From Bacillota bacterium (GTDB taxonomy: Bacteria; Armatimonadota; HRBIN16): 64,000 nucleotides of DNA. Shown here one piece after another: positions 7,585-16,667 of the stretch. The DNA is taken from positions 1,949 through 65,948 of the forward strand of contig JAIMBJ010000014.1 in assembly GCA_023511455.1 (NCBI GenBank), in the 5' to 3' direction. The first letter of the stretch is position 1. The number at the start of each line of letters is the position of its first letter. A program made the translations under genes and the position numbers. The notes under the pieces were generated by a model. It did no database searches, was not told where the DNA came from, and saw only the letters and a list, made by a program, of their open reading frames with translations.

Positions 7585-8459
7585 CTATCTACATCGTACA
7601 GGCTGATAGCGCGGACTTAGCTCGCGTGTCACAAAAGTAGTTGTGACCTTACCAGTTACAGGATTACGCGCTACTACAAGATGTTTTCCACTAGCCATTC
7701 CGTGTTCGAGAACGTGGATGATTGTTTTCGTTTTAGGATCCCAGAACTGCCTGCCACGTTCTGTGGCTTTTCGCACCATCGCCGGAGTAATCCCGCGTTC
7801 GGACATACGTTGCAACGCATGCTTAGAAAAAACAAGACGCGGTGCCAAAGCTGTGGATGTACGCGCACCACCAACTGCTGTTGCTTGCCTAACAGCGCCC
7901 CGCACTCCTTGGGAAGCCGCTGCTTTTGCCGTAGCAGCACCCCCAAACACCATCTCATCCCCTGGAACCACAGAGGAAAACCCTGCCAGCAGTAGGGCAC
8001 CGCCCCACAAAGTCGCATCCCACGCCAGCTGCCATCCCGACGCCTGTCCGCAATCATAACGCCCTGCCGTCGTACCGAACCGCTCTGTCAAACCGAACAT
8101 CAAGTTCTGATCCACCCACTGGCTCAGCCCGCCCATTCCGCCCATATACCAGCGTTTGAGATCTTCCCAAAAGTCTAAGCCAGAGGGGTCTGCCAGGTTC
8201 ACGGGGTCGTTGAGACAGTACCGATACAGGTTCGGGTCGCCGGAGGCGATGTCAATCGGGTCTCTCTGCAGCCATCTTGCGGTGCGCGGGTCATATTCCC
8301 GTGCGCCCACGTGGTACAAGCCGATGGCAGGCGTCCACTCATATCCATAGGCAGCGTTCCAGCGGAAGGGGTTGAAGGTGGTGCCGTGCCCCACGCATCG
8401 TAACTGTAACGGTCGGTGATGTTGCCTGAACTGTCAAGGAGCAAACGGGTGTTGCCGCG
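7585..8459 (-). pseudogene. RHS remnant: about two YD repeats, core end and DUF4258-like toxin tip, with a frameshift (copy 2)
   Basis: GNTRLLLDSSGNITDRYSYDAWG (8395-8459) lies one frame off from GHGTTFNPFRWNAAYGYEWTPAIGLYHVGAREYDP. The shift is at the C-run 8389-8392. An in-frame TGA at 8460-8462 closes the remnant. Confidence 0.75.
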
Positions 8460-8508
8460 TCATCGGGAGAATTATGGCGCGTCCGACCGAGAAAGGGAAG
8501 CTGCTCGC

Positions 8509-9873
8509 TTACCCGAACCGCTCCAGCAACAGCCGAGTAGCACTCTCCTTATCATCGGGGGCGAGTCTGCCCTCGATGACCTCGTTCAAAAGAAACTGCT
8601 TGCACTCGCCCACCTGTTTGCCTGGGGGGATTCCCAGAATCTGCATAATCTCGCGTCCAGTCAGGGGGCTGTCCAGCGACTGCACGTCCTCGCGGGCGGT
8701 CAGCAGTTCGATGCGGCGCTGCAGGGCGTCGATGTCCGCTTTGGGGAAGGCGGGGTTGCTTGCAGCGATGTCTGCCCGCACCAGCGTCAGCAGCTCCTGT
8801 AGCAAGCCGTCGGCATCGCGAATGAGCCGGCGCACCGCTGCATCGCTCCACGAATAGTCGTACTCGCCGGGGCGCATGTGCAGGCGCACCAGCTGCACCA
8901 CCTGCTCCACGATGTCGTTGCTGTAGCGCAGGCGTCGCAATACCTGCCCGGCAATCTGCGCACCTACGTTCTGGTGACCGTAAAAATGCACGCCGCGCTC
9001 GTCGACGGTGCGGGTGAGGGGTTTGCCCACATCGTGCAGTAGCGTCGCCAGACGCAGCACCAGCGAGGCATCCGGCGGCAGGTGCGAAAACGCCACCAGC
9101 GTATGCTCCCACACGTCGTAGAGGTGGTACTGGTTCTGCTCCACCCCGCGCATCCGCGCCAGCTCGGGCGCAAACTGCTCCAGCAAACCGGTCTCCAGCA
9201 GCAGCCACAAGCCCTTCACCGCCTCCGTCGCCTGCAGCAGGCGTGTGAACTCGTCGCGGATGCGCTCCTTGCTGATAATCTGCAGGCGATGCGCGGTCTT
9301 GCAGATGGCGTCGTAGGTGCCCGGCTCGATGTCGAAGCCGAGCTGCGCCGCGAAACGCACCGCCCGCATCGCGCGGAGGGGGTCTTCCTCGAAGGTGACC
9401 ATCGGCTCCAGCGGTGTGCGCAGCAGTCCCGCCTGAAGGTCACTCAATCCCATGCCCGTCAGGTCGAGCAGCTCGCCGGTGTGCAGGTTGCGCATCAGCG
9501 TGTTCACCGTGAGGTCGCGCCGGAAGGCGTCCTCGCGCAGGGTGGCGGGCTGTACCTGCACGGGCTTGCGGCTATCGGCGGAGTAGCTCTCGCGGCGGGC
9601 GGTGACCAGCTCTACCTGCACGCCCTCGATATGCACCATCGCCGTGCCGAAGCGGGGATAGGTGACCGGCAGATGGTCGGTGATGCCCTGTGTGTGCAGC
9701 CAGTGCGCGAGTTCGAGCGCGTCCGCCTCGGTCACGATGTCCACGTCAGGTGGCAGCGGACGACCGAGCAGTTCATCGCGCACGATACCGCCCACCAGGT
9801 ACAGGCGTCCTTCCCACTTCGTGCCGAGCGTGGTCTGACGCAACTTGTCGATAGCAATCAGCAGGTGGCTCAC
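8509..9873 (-). CDS. cca: CCA-adding tRNA nucleotidyltransferase / poly(A) polymerase family with HD domain
   Basis: LYLVGGIVRDELLGRPLPPDVDIVTE head-domain motif, RRD, and a C-terminal HD region (LLHDVGKP). Confidence 0.9.
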   Translation of the reverse strand: MSHLLIAIDKLRQTTLGTKWEGRLYLVGGIVRDELLGRPLPPDVDIVTEADALELAHWLHTQGITDHLPVTYPRFGTAMVHIEGVQVELVTARRESYSADSRKPVQVQPATLREDAFRRDLTVNTLMRNLHTGELLDLTGMGLSDLQAGLLRTPLEPMVTFEEDPLRAMRAVRFAAQLGFDIEPGTYDAICKTAHRLQIISKERIRDEFTRLLQATEAVKGLWLLLETGLLEQFAPELARMRGVEQNQYHLYDVWEHTLVAFSHLPPDASLVLRLATLLHDVGKPLTRTVDERGVHFYGHQNVGAQIAGQVLRRLRYSNDIVEQVVQLVRLHMRPGEYDYSWSDAAVRRLIRDADGLLQELLTLVRADIAASNPAFPKADIDALQRRIELLTAREDVQSLDSPLTGREIMQILGIPPGKQVGECKQFLLNEVIEGRLAPDDKESATRLLLERFG

Positions 9874-10192
9874 ACATCGAGTGTACCACGCTTTTGCGCG
9901 GGGCGAGTATTCATTCCGTGCCCGGTGCGCGTATCGATTCCCATTGCTGAGGCAGAGGGATACGCCAGAACAGCGAAAGTGCTTCTTCTCTTCGTCCCCC
10001 CTCTGGCAGATTCCTTATTTACAGGTTACAATAATCGGTGAGGTCGCAGCCCGTCGTGTGTGAGGATTACCACTGTAGCCGCGGGCTTCAGCCTGCGCTG
10101 GGCGGAACGCACCCTGAGAGGGGCGGCGCTATGGTGTTGGAGAGCAAGACCACAGGCAGGTTGACCTTGAGCCATCCAGAGGGTGAACCAAC

Positions 10193-11287
10193 ATGAAACG
10201 TGAGCGTGCGTTGAAAGCGTTTCAGAGGGAGATGACCGACCGCATCCCGCACTGGGAAATCATCTCCTGTCCGGATGCTATCGAGTACATTACCGGCATA
10301 GACCCCTGGCAGCATCCGCGCCAGGCGCAGAAGGCACTGGTGGAACGCTATGCCCTCGACCTGTACACGCTGCCTCTTGAGGATACCCCTGTGCCGCGCC
10401 CGCCAGACGGCGTGGTATACGAGGATGCCGAGGGACGCAGGACCGTGCGCTGGGGATGGGACCATACCTGGCACTGGGATTGGGGACATCGGTTTCGGTC
10501 GGTAGAAGAAGTGCTGCGCTATCAACCGCTGGAACACTGGGACTACCGCGAGATGGACCCCATCGGGATGGACCTTTCGCCGTCGGAAGACGAGCTGGCA
10601 AAACGTTTTCAGGAGCAGGTCAACCGCGACCGCGCCGCCAATGGTGACCTCTGTCTGGAAATCGGGCACTTTTATAACACCCTGTTCATGTGGCCCCTGC
10701 TCACTTTTGGCTGGGAGCTCTGGCTGGAGGTGGCGGCGTGCTACCCACAGGAGGCAAAGCGCCTGTTGCGTGACTTCGCCGAAATCTCGCGTAAAGTGTT
10801 TCGCGCGTGGGCACAGACGGATGTACAGGTTTTCTCCAGCCACGACGACATCTGCCATCGGCAGGGACCGGTCTTCTCGCCGAAGTGGCTACGCGAGAAT
10901 ATCTATCCCTACTACGAGGAGTTCTGGGGTTACCTGAAAGCGTCGGGCAAGAAGATATTCTTCGTCTCCGATGGCAATGTGGATATGGTGGCGGACGACG
11001 TGCTGGCGTGCGGGGCGGACGGCATCTTCTGCGAAACCTATACCGACTGGAAAGCCTTCGCCCGAAAGCACCCCGACAAGGTGTTGCTGGCAGGTGGCGA
11101 CAACCGCATCATCATGAGCAATGACCGCGAGGCGATCGAGGCGATGGTACGCGAGATGGCGGAGGTAGGGCGTCACATGCCCGGATACTTCTTCTGCGTG
11201 GGCAACCACCTGACGTGGGACCTGCCTCCCGAGGGCGTGAAGGCTTACTTCGACGCTGCCGAGAAATACGGGGTGCGCAGTGTATGA
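10193..11287 (+). CDS. Uroporphyrinogen-decarboxylase (URO-D)-like family protein
   Basis: Length and C-terminal pattern (FFVSDGNVDMV..GADGIF..GGDN) resemble URO-D/MtaA-like TIM-barrel proteins. GAGGGTG SD. Confidence 0.6.
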   Translation: MKRERALKAFQREMTDRIPHWEIISCPDAIEYITGIDPWQHPRQAQKALVERYALDLYTLPLEDTPVPRPPDGVVYEDAEGRRTVRWGWDHTWHWDWGHRFRSVEEVLRYQPLEHWDYREMDPIGMDLSPSEDELAKRFQEQVNRDRAANGDLCLEIGHFYNTLFMWPLLTFGWELWLEVAACYPQEAKRLLRDFAEISRKVFRAWAQTDVQVFSSHDDICHRQGPVFSPKWLRENIYPYYEEFWGYLKASGKKIFFVSDGNVDMVADDVLACGADGIFCETYTDWKAFARKHPDKVLLAGGDNRIIMSNDREAIEAMVREMAEVGRHMPGYFFCVGNHLTWDLPPEGVKAYFDAAEKYGVRSV

Positions 11288-12036
11288 CGAAGGCAGCGAT
11301 ATTCGACATCGACGGCGTGCTGGTAGATTCACCACACGAGCGTGCGTGGGGCGAGACGTTACAAAGACTCATGAACACCCGCTGGGCGGACATCGCTTCT
11401 GACACTCGCTATGCGCCGGGGCGTTATACCTCAGAGGTATATCAACACGTCGTGTCCGGCAAACCCAGGCAGGAGGGAGCGGCTGCGTTGCTGGAGTACT
11501 TCGGCATCCACGACCCCGACGGCAGGCGCACACAGGAGCTGTGCGACCTCAAACAGCAGATGATTGTGGAACTGATCGAACGCGCCGAGTTTACTGCCTT
11601 TGAGGACGGTTTGCGGTTTATCCTCGCGCTGAAGGCGAGAGGAGTGAAACTGGCTGCCGCCTCTTCGTCCAAGAACGCCAATCGGATGCTGGAGCGGGTG
11701 TTCCTGTATCCCTTCTGCGAGAGGCAATGCCTGCAACTGCCCTTTGTCACCGCGCAAACACGCCTGATTGACCTGTTCGACGCCAACGTTTGCGGGCGCG
11801 ACTTTGCGCGGGGTAAGCCGCACCCCGAGATATTCCTCACCGCCGCGGCTCTGCTGGACGTTCCCCCAAACCGGTGCGTTGTTATCGAAGACGCGCCATC
11901 GGGCGTGCAGGCGGCGAAGGCGGGAGGGATGCGCTGTATTGGCGTGGCGCGTAGGGACGATAGCGACTTGCTGCGTGCGGCAGGCGCAGACTGGGTGGTA
12001 ACGAGTCTGGACGAGGTCAATCTCGAGGAGCTGTGA
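11284..12036 (+). CDS. pgmB: Beta-phosphoglucomutase (HAD superfamily)
   Basis: MTKAAIFDIDGVLVDS (DxDG motif) and GKPHPEIFL..IEDAPSGVQAAKAGGM. ATGA overlap with the upstream gene. Paired with GH65. Confidence 0.85.
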   Translation: MTKAAIFDIDGVLVDSPHERAWGETLQRLMNTRWADIASDTRYAPGRYTSEVYQHVVSGKPRQEGAAALLEYFGIHDPDGRRTQELCDLKQQMIVELIERAEFTAFEDGLRFILALKARGVKLAAASSSKNANRMLERVFLYPFCERQCLQLPFVTAQTRLIDLFDANVCGRDFARGKPHPEIFLTAAALLDVPPNRCVVIEDAPSGVQAAKAGGMRCIGVARRDDSDLLRAAGADWVVTSLDEVNLEEL

Positions 12037-14369
12037 GGAGGATGGACGAATACGACTTTATCGACGGCTGGATTATTCGGGAGAAGCAGTACAAACCTGA
12101 AGAAGAGAGCGCAAAAGCCACCGTTTTCGCACTGGCAAACGGCTACATGGGTCTGCGTGGAGCAGGCGAAGAGCTTCCCCCCACCATCCCGGGCGTCAAA
12201 GGATGTTACATCAACGGTATCTATGATACTCCCCGTGGGAAACTCACCGAGCGCGAATTCCCCAACATGCCCGACTGGACGCTCATCCAGTTCTGGGCGG
12301 ACGAGGAGCCTTTCGACCCCGCCAACATGGGTGAGCTGCTGGAATACAGCCGCGAGCTGGACATGCGCGAGGGCGTGATGCGCCGCTCCATCCGCTGGCA
12401 AAGCCCCTCCGGTAAGGTAATCCGTATGGAGAGCGAACGCCTGCTCAGCATGACGCACCGGCATGTGGGGGTTATCCGCTACCGGCTGGTTGCCGAAGAC
12501 CCGGTGCACATCGAACTGCATTCCAGTATCGATGGGGCGGTGAACAACCGCTGGGCGTATCATTTCAAGCGGTTCTCTCGCCAGCAGGATGGCGAGGAGG
12601 ACTATCTGGAAGTGGAAACCTTCGAGCCGGGCTACCATATCGGCGTGATGGCAAGACATGAGGTGCGTACGCCCGCACAGGTGAGCGTGGAGCGGGACGA
12701 CCCCACCGACCGGTGCGTGCAGACGATTTTCAGCGTGCACCTGCAGCCGGGACAGGAGCTCGAGCTGACCAAATGGTGTGCCCTGTACGACAGCCGATTC
12801 AGCAACGGCGACCTGCGCGCGTTATGCCTTGCCGATATCGAGGCAGCGCGCACACTGGGCTACGAGGCGCTGAAAGCGCAGCATGTACGCCGCTGGGAAG
12901 AGCTATGGCAGGCATCCGACGTGCAGATTGAAGGCGACGAAGAGGCGCAGATGGGCATCCGGTTTGCGGTGTTTCACCTGCTCGCCGCCGCACCTTACCA
13001 TGATGACCGCATCAGCATCCCCGCAAGGGGTCTGCAGGGACAGGACTACTACGGTTCTATCTTCTGGGACTGCGAGATATTTGTGCTGCCTCTGTTCATC
13101 TACACCCAGCCAGAGGTCGCGCGAAACATCCTGCGCTATCGCTACCACACGCTGGAAGGCGCGAAGCGCAAGGCGAAGAAACTAGGATTTGAGGGAGCCT
13201 ATTACGCCTGGCAAAGTCAGGAAACCGGGGACGAGCAGTGCGACCTGTACGTGTTCACCAATCCACTCACCGGTGAGCCCATACGCAGCTACTTTGCCGA
13301 CGAGCAGATACATATCTCTGCCGACATCGCCTACGCGATGTGGCAGTATGTGCAGGCAACGGGCGATGAAGGCTTCTGGCTGGATGGCGGCGCGGAGATT
13401 CTGGTGGAAGTGGCACGCTTCTTCCTGTCGCGGGCGACGTGGAATGCCGAGCGCGAGCGCTATGAACTCCGTTCGGTACTCGGTCCCGACGAGTATCATG
13501 AGCGCGTGAACAACAACGCCTATACGAACGCGCTGGCGCAGTTCAGTGTGCAGAAGGCAATCGAGGTGCTGAACCTGTTGCGGGAGAAACATCCCGAGGC
13601 ATACGATGCAATCAAGGTGAAAACCGGTCTCACCGACGGCGAAGTGTCCCGATGGCAACACTTCGTGCAGAGGGTGTACGTGCCTGCCCCCGACCCGCAA
13701 ACGCGCTTGATACCGCAGTTTGACGGCTACTTCGGGTTGCGCGACGAGCCGGTGGAAGAGACCCGCAAGCGGCTGGCACATCCCGACCTGCACCCGGGCG
13801 GACCGCTGGGGCCCTATCAGGAGACGCAGAACATCAAACAGGCAGACGTGGTGATGTTGCTGTACCTGCTGCGCGACCGCTACGATACCGAAACCAAGCG
13901 GGCGAACTGGCGCTACTACGAACCCCGCACGGCACACGACTCCTCGCTCAGCCCGATGGCGTATTCGCTCGTGGCGGCGGATGTGGGCATGGTGGACTGG
14001 GCATACAAGTACTTCCTGTACACCGCGCACATCGACCTGGCGTCCTATGGACCGCACTGGAATCTGGGCATCCACGCGGCATCACTGGGCGGGGCATGGC
14101 AGGCTGTGGTCAACGGTTTCTGCCAGCTGGAGCTGACCGCAGACGGCATCCGGTTTCTCAAGCCGCCGGTCATACCTGCCCACTGGCAAAGTGTGAGGTT
14201 CCGCGTGATGTGGCATGGTCAGCCGGTGCAGGTGCGTGTGGACGGGCAGAGCGTGCAGCTGACCAACGAAGGCACAGGCGACGTTCCCGTGCTGACCCCT
14301 CTGGGCAGAGCAGTGGTCGCGCCCGGCGAAAGCTGGCGTTGGGATTACTCAGGAGGTAGTTCCGACTGA
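12033..14369 (+). CDS. GH65 glycoside phosphorylase (maltose/trehalose/kojibiose phosphorylase family)
   Basis: N-terminal FALANGYMGLRG and central (alpha/alpha)6 signature regions. Classic pairing with beta-PGM. Alternative start ATG at 12042. Confidence 0.9.
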   Translation: MRRMDEYDFIDGWIIREKQYKPEEESAKATVFALANGYMGLRGAGEELPPTIPGVKGCYINGIYDTPRGKLTEREFPNMPDWTLIQFWADEEPFDPANMGELLEYSRELDMREGVMRRSIRWQSPSGKVIRMESERLLSMTHRHVGVIRYRLVAEDPVHIELHSSIDGAVNNRWAYHFKRFSRQQDGEEDYLEVETFEPGYHIGVMARHEVRTPAQVSVERDDPTDRCVQTIFSVHLQPGQELELTKWCALYDSRFSNGDLRALCLADIEAARTLGYEALKAQHVRRWEELWQASDVQIEGDEEAQMGIRFAVFHLLAAAPYHDDRISIPARGLQGQDYYGSIFWDCEIFVLPLFIYTQPEVARNILRYRYHTLEGAKRKAKKLGFEGAYYAWQSQETGDEQCDLYVFTNPLTGEPIRSYFADEQIHISADIAYAMWQYVQATGDEGFWLDGGAEILVEVARFFLSRATWNAERERYELRSVLGPDEYHERVNNNAYTNALAQFSVQKAIEVLNLLREKHPEAYDAIKVKTGLTDGEVSRWQHFVQRVYVPAPDPQTRLIPQFDGYFGLRDEPVEETRKRLAHPDLHPGGPLGPYQETQNIKQADVVMLLYLLRDRYDTETKRANWRYYEPRTAHDSSLSPMAYSLVAADVGMVDWAYKYFLYTAHIDLASYGPHWNLGIHAASLGGAWQAVVNGFCQLELTADGIRFLKPPVIPAHWQSVRFRVMWHGQPVQVRVDGQSVQLTNEGTGDVPVLTPLGRAVVAPGESWRWDYSGGSSD

Positions 14370-14494
14370 CTGGAGGGCGCGCCTCCCGCCGAGCCGCAAA
14401 AACTCCTGCCCGCGCGCGTGGAGGTTGGGCATGTTTTCCGGCTCACGCGGGGGTTCGCCCTCCAGAGTAAACATCCGTTTTCACCGACCGTGAA

Positions 14495-15012
14495 CTACCC
14501 CGGTCTGTCCTCCTCGTTGACCGTGAGCCCATACAGTCGCGCCAGCTGCAACGCCTGCTTGCGCCAGTCGCCGTACACGGTCACGCGATGCCAGCCCATA
14601 TCCCATTCGTTCAGGATGTTCTCGGCATCGGTTTTCGCTGCCAGCTTGGTGCGACAGGCTTTCGGGTCATCGACGTTGGCGACGGTCTTGCCGGTATGTA
14701 TCACCATGCGCTTGCCGCCTACATCGATCTCTAGCGTGGTGACGGTCTCGCCGAGGGGCATCAATGACTGCACCGAAGCCCCTTTCTGGTCCTCGGCATG
14801 CGAACGGATGATGTAGGGGTTCGCCTTGCCCTGCGGACCGAACACGCGGTTGGTGGCGACGCAGTGCGCGTAGATAATCCAGCCGCGCGCGGTGCGGCGA
14901 ACGCTGTTTCGGCAAGTGGCAGAAGCATCCATGCGCCGATTGCTCCACCCGCGGCCCGCAGAAACTGCCGGCGACTTAACGCACACCTCTCGCAGGGGTT
15001 CATCAGATGCAC
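14495..15012 (-). pseudogene. Tat-exported small protein with an apparent 1-nt frameshift between signal peptide and mature domain
   Basis: Frame A (15012 downward) encodes MHLMNPCERCALSRRQFLRAAGGAIGAWMLLPLAETAFAAPRAAG, a twin-arginine signal. The long ORF 14495-14986 continues in another frame from ..GWIIYAHCVATNRVF. The junction lies in the GC run about 14882-14900. Confidence 0.5.
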
Positions 15013-15133
15013 CCTCCTTGTTCAGAGTTCAGGTCAAGCGAACAGGTTTCTCAGTGCCCTTCTTCGAAAAGGAAGAAGGATTTCCTGTTACTTAGCGTCA
15101 AAAACTTTCGCATCAGGGAGAGGAGAAACCATC

Positions 15134-16300
15134 ATGTCGGGGATACGACAGCATATGGCGCAGTTACAATCGGAGTGGGTAGCCCTGCGCCATGACCTGC
15201 ACGCACATCCCGAGCTGGCTTTCGAAGAGCATCGTACGGCAGGAGTGGTCGCCGAATGGTTGCGCAGATATGGTCTGGAAGTGCGCACCGGCGTGGCGGG
15301 TACAGGGGTGGTGGGCACATTGCATGGCGAAGCGGGCGAAGGAGCAGTGGTGGGTTTTCGTGCCGACATGGACGCCCTGCCCATCGAGGAGCAGAACGAG
15401 CTACCGTACCGCTCCCGACACCCCGGCAAGATGCACGCCTGTGGACATGATGGGCATACCGCCATCCTGCTGGGCACAGCAGCGGTGCTTTCTCACTTGC
15501 GGACACAACTGCGTGGCACGGTGCGCTTCTATTTCCAGCCTGCGGAAGAGAGCGTTTCGGGGGCGAAGGCAATGCTGGAAGCGGGCGTTTTGCAGGAGAT
15601 GCCTCCCCGCTGGGTGGTGGCATTGCACGGACGACCGGGGTTGCCGCTGGGTAGCGTGGGCATTCGCGCAGGCGCGATGATGGCGTCGGCAGATACGTTT
15701 GACATCCGTTTGAAGGGCCGGGGAGGACACGCCGCATTGCCCCACCTTACCGAAGACCCCATTGTGGCGGGGGTGCAGCTGGTGCAGGCAATGCAGACGC
15801 TGGTCAGCCGTGAGAGCGCACCTTCCGACCCTGTGGTGCTGAGCATCACGCAGTTCCATGCAGGCAACACCTATAACGTACTGCCGGAGGAGGCTCATCT
15901 GGCGGGAACCGTGCGCTGCCTGCGTGAGCAGACGCGCGGCAAGCTGCGCCATCGCATGGGGCAAATGCTGGAGGCAATGGCACAGGCGTGGCACATGGAA
16001 GGACGGTTCGACTGGCACGAGGGCGTGCCTGCCCTGTGGAACGACGAAAACGTTACTTCACGGATAGCGCAGGTAGCGGAGCGGGCATTCGGTAAGGAGA
16101 GGGTGATATGGCTGGAGCATCCGCTGATGGGCGCAGAGGATTTCGCCTTTTTTGCGCAGGCTGTTCCTTCGGCAATGTTCTTTCTGGGGCTGGGGGAAGT
16201 GGCGGACTGGCATACCGCCTGTTTCGATTTCCCGGACGAAGCGATTGCGCCCGGGGTGGAGATGTTCGTTCGGCTCGCGCTGGCAGAGTTCGCCACATAA
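15134..16300 (+). CDS. M20-family amidohydrolase (N-acyl-amino-acid amidohydrolase / hippurate hydrolase type)
   Basis: LRHDLHAHPELAFEEHRT, MHACGHDGH and FQPAEE motifs. GGGAGAGGAG SD before the ATG at 15134. Confidence 0.85.
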   Translation: MSGIRQHMAQLQSEWVALRHDLHAHPELAFEEHRTAGVVAEWLRRYGLEVRTGVAGTGVVGTLHGEAGEGAVVGFRADMDALPIEEQNELPYRSRHPGKMHACGHDGHTAILLGTAAVLSHLRTQLRGTVRFYFQPAEESVSGAKAMLEAGVLQEMPPRWVVALHGRPGLPLGSVGIRAGAMMASADTFDIRLKGRGGHAALPHLTEDPIVAGVQLVQAMQTLVSRESAPSDPVVLSITQFHAGNTYNVLPEEAHLAGTVRCLREQTRGKLRHRMGQMLEAMAQAWHMEGRFDWHEGVPALWNDENVTSRIAQVAERAFGKERVIWLEHPLMGAEDFAFFAQAVPSAMFFLGLGEVADWHTACFDFPDEAIAPGVEMFVRLALAEFAT

Positions 16301-16327
16301 AAAAACAGGGCGACAAAGCCGCCCTGT
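16299..16327 (-). terminator. Rho-independent terminator (minus strand), possibly bidirectional
   Basis: Stem CAGGGCG/CGCCCTG (16306-16312 / 16320-16326) with a 7-nt loop. The A7 run at 16299-16305 is a U7 tail on the minus strand. Confidence 0.6.
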
Positions 16328-16392
16328 CTGCGCAGATGAACCGCCTCGGCATCCCTCCTCTCCGAAGCCTCTGGTGTCCTTCGCCAGCCAAG

Positions 16393-16476
16393 TTAGAGAT
16401 ATGCACCCTCACGGATCATGAGTACCACCAGTGCGATTGCCGCGATGGCCACACATATCGCGATAACGGAAGACAT
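16393..16476 (-). CDS. 27-aa hydrophobic peptide (candidate small membrane protein)
   Basis: MSSVIAICVAIAAIALVVLMIREGAYL. GAGGTG SD 8 nt upstream of the ATG. The terminator follows about 65 nt downstream. Confidence 0.35.
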   Translation of the reverse strand: MSSVIAICVAIAAIALVVLMIREGAYL

Positions 16477-16667
16477 CCTGTGCACACCTCGCTTCCTTGC
16501 CTGCGTATGGTAACGGGAAGACTTCCCGCGTATTCGCTGTCTCGCTTCCACTGAGGTCTTTCCACCCGGAGTCGCAAAGTGTTCCTGCGTATCCTGCGAG
16601 GTGTGCCAAAAACCGAGAAGGATACTGACGGTAAATTGCGCAACCGCAAGAGTGTCAGAGAGGCGCT

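Larger units (their letters stand above)
6480..8292. repeat. Direct repeat copy B (perfect match to 1-1813)
   Basis: See copy A. Homology continues with mismatches and a deletion out to about 1911/8456. Confidence 0.85.

Noticed and set aside
9874-10192. A 320-nt non-coding gap upstream of the URO-D-like/GH65 operon could hold a riboswitch or small RNA.
   Set aside because: I could not recognise any known riboswitch consensus, tRNA-like structure or strong terminator/antiterminator pair by eye. The only promoter-like hexamers are weak. A covariance-model scan (Rfam) would be needed.
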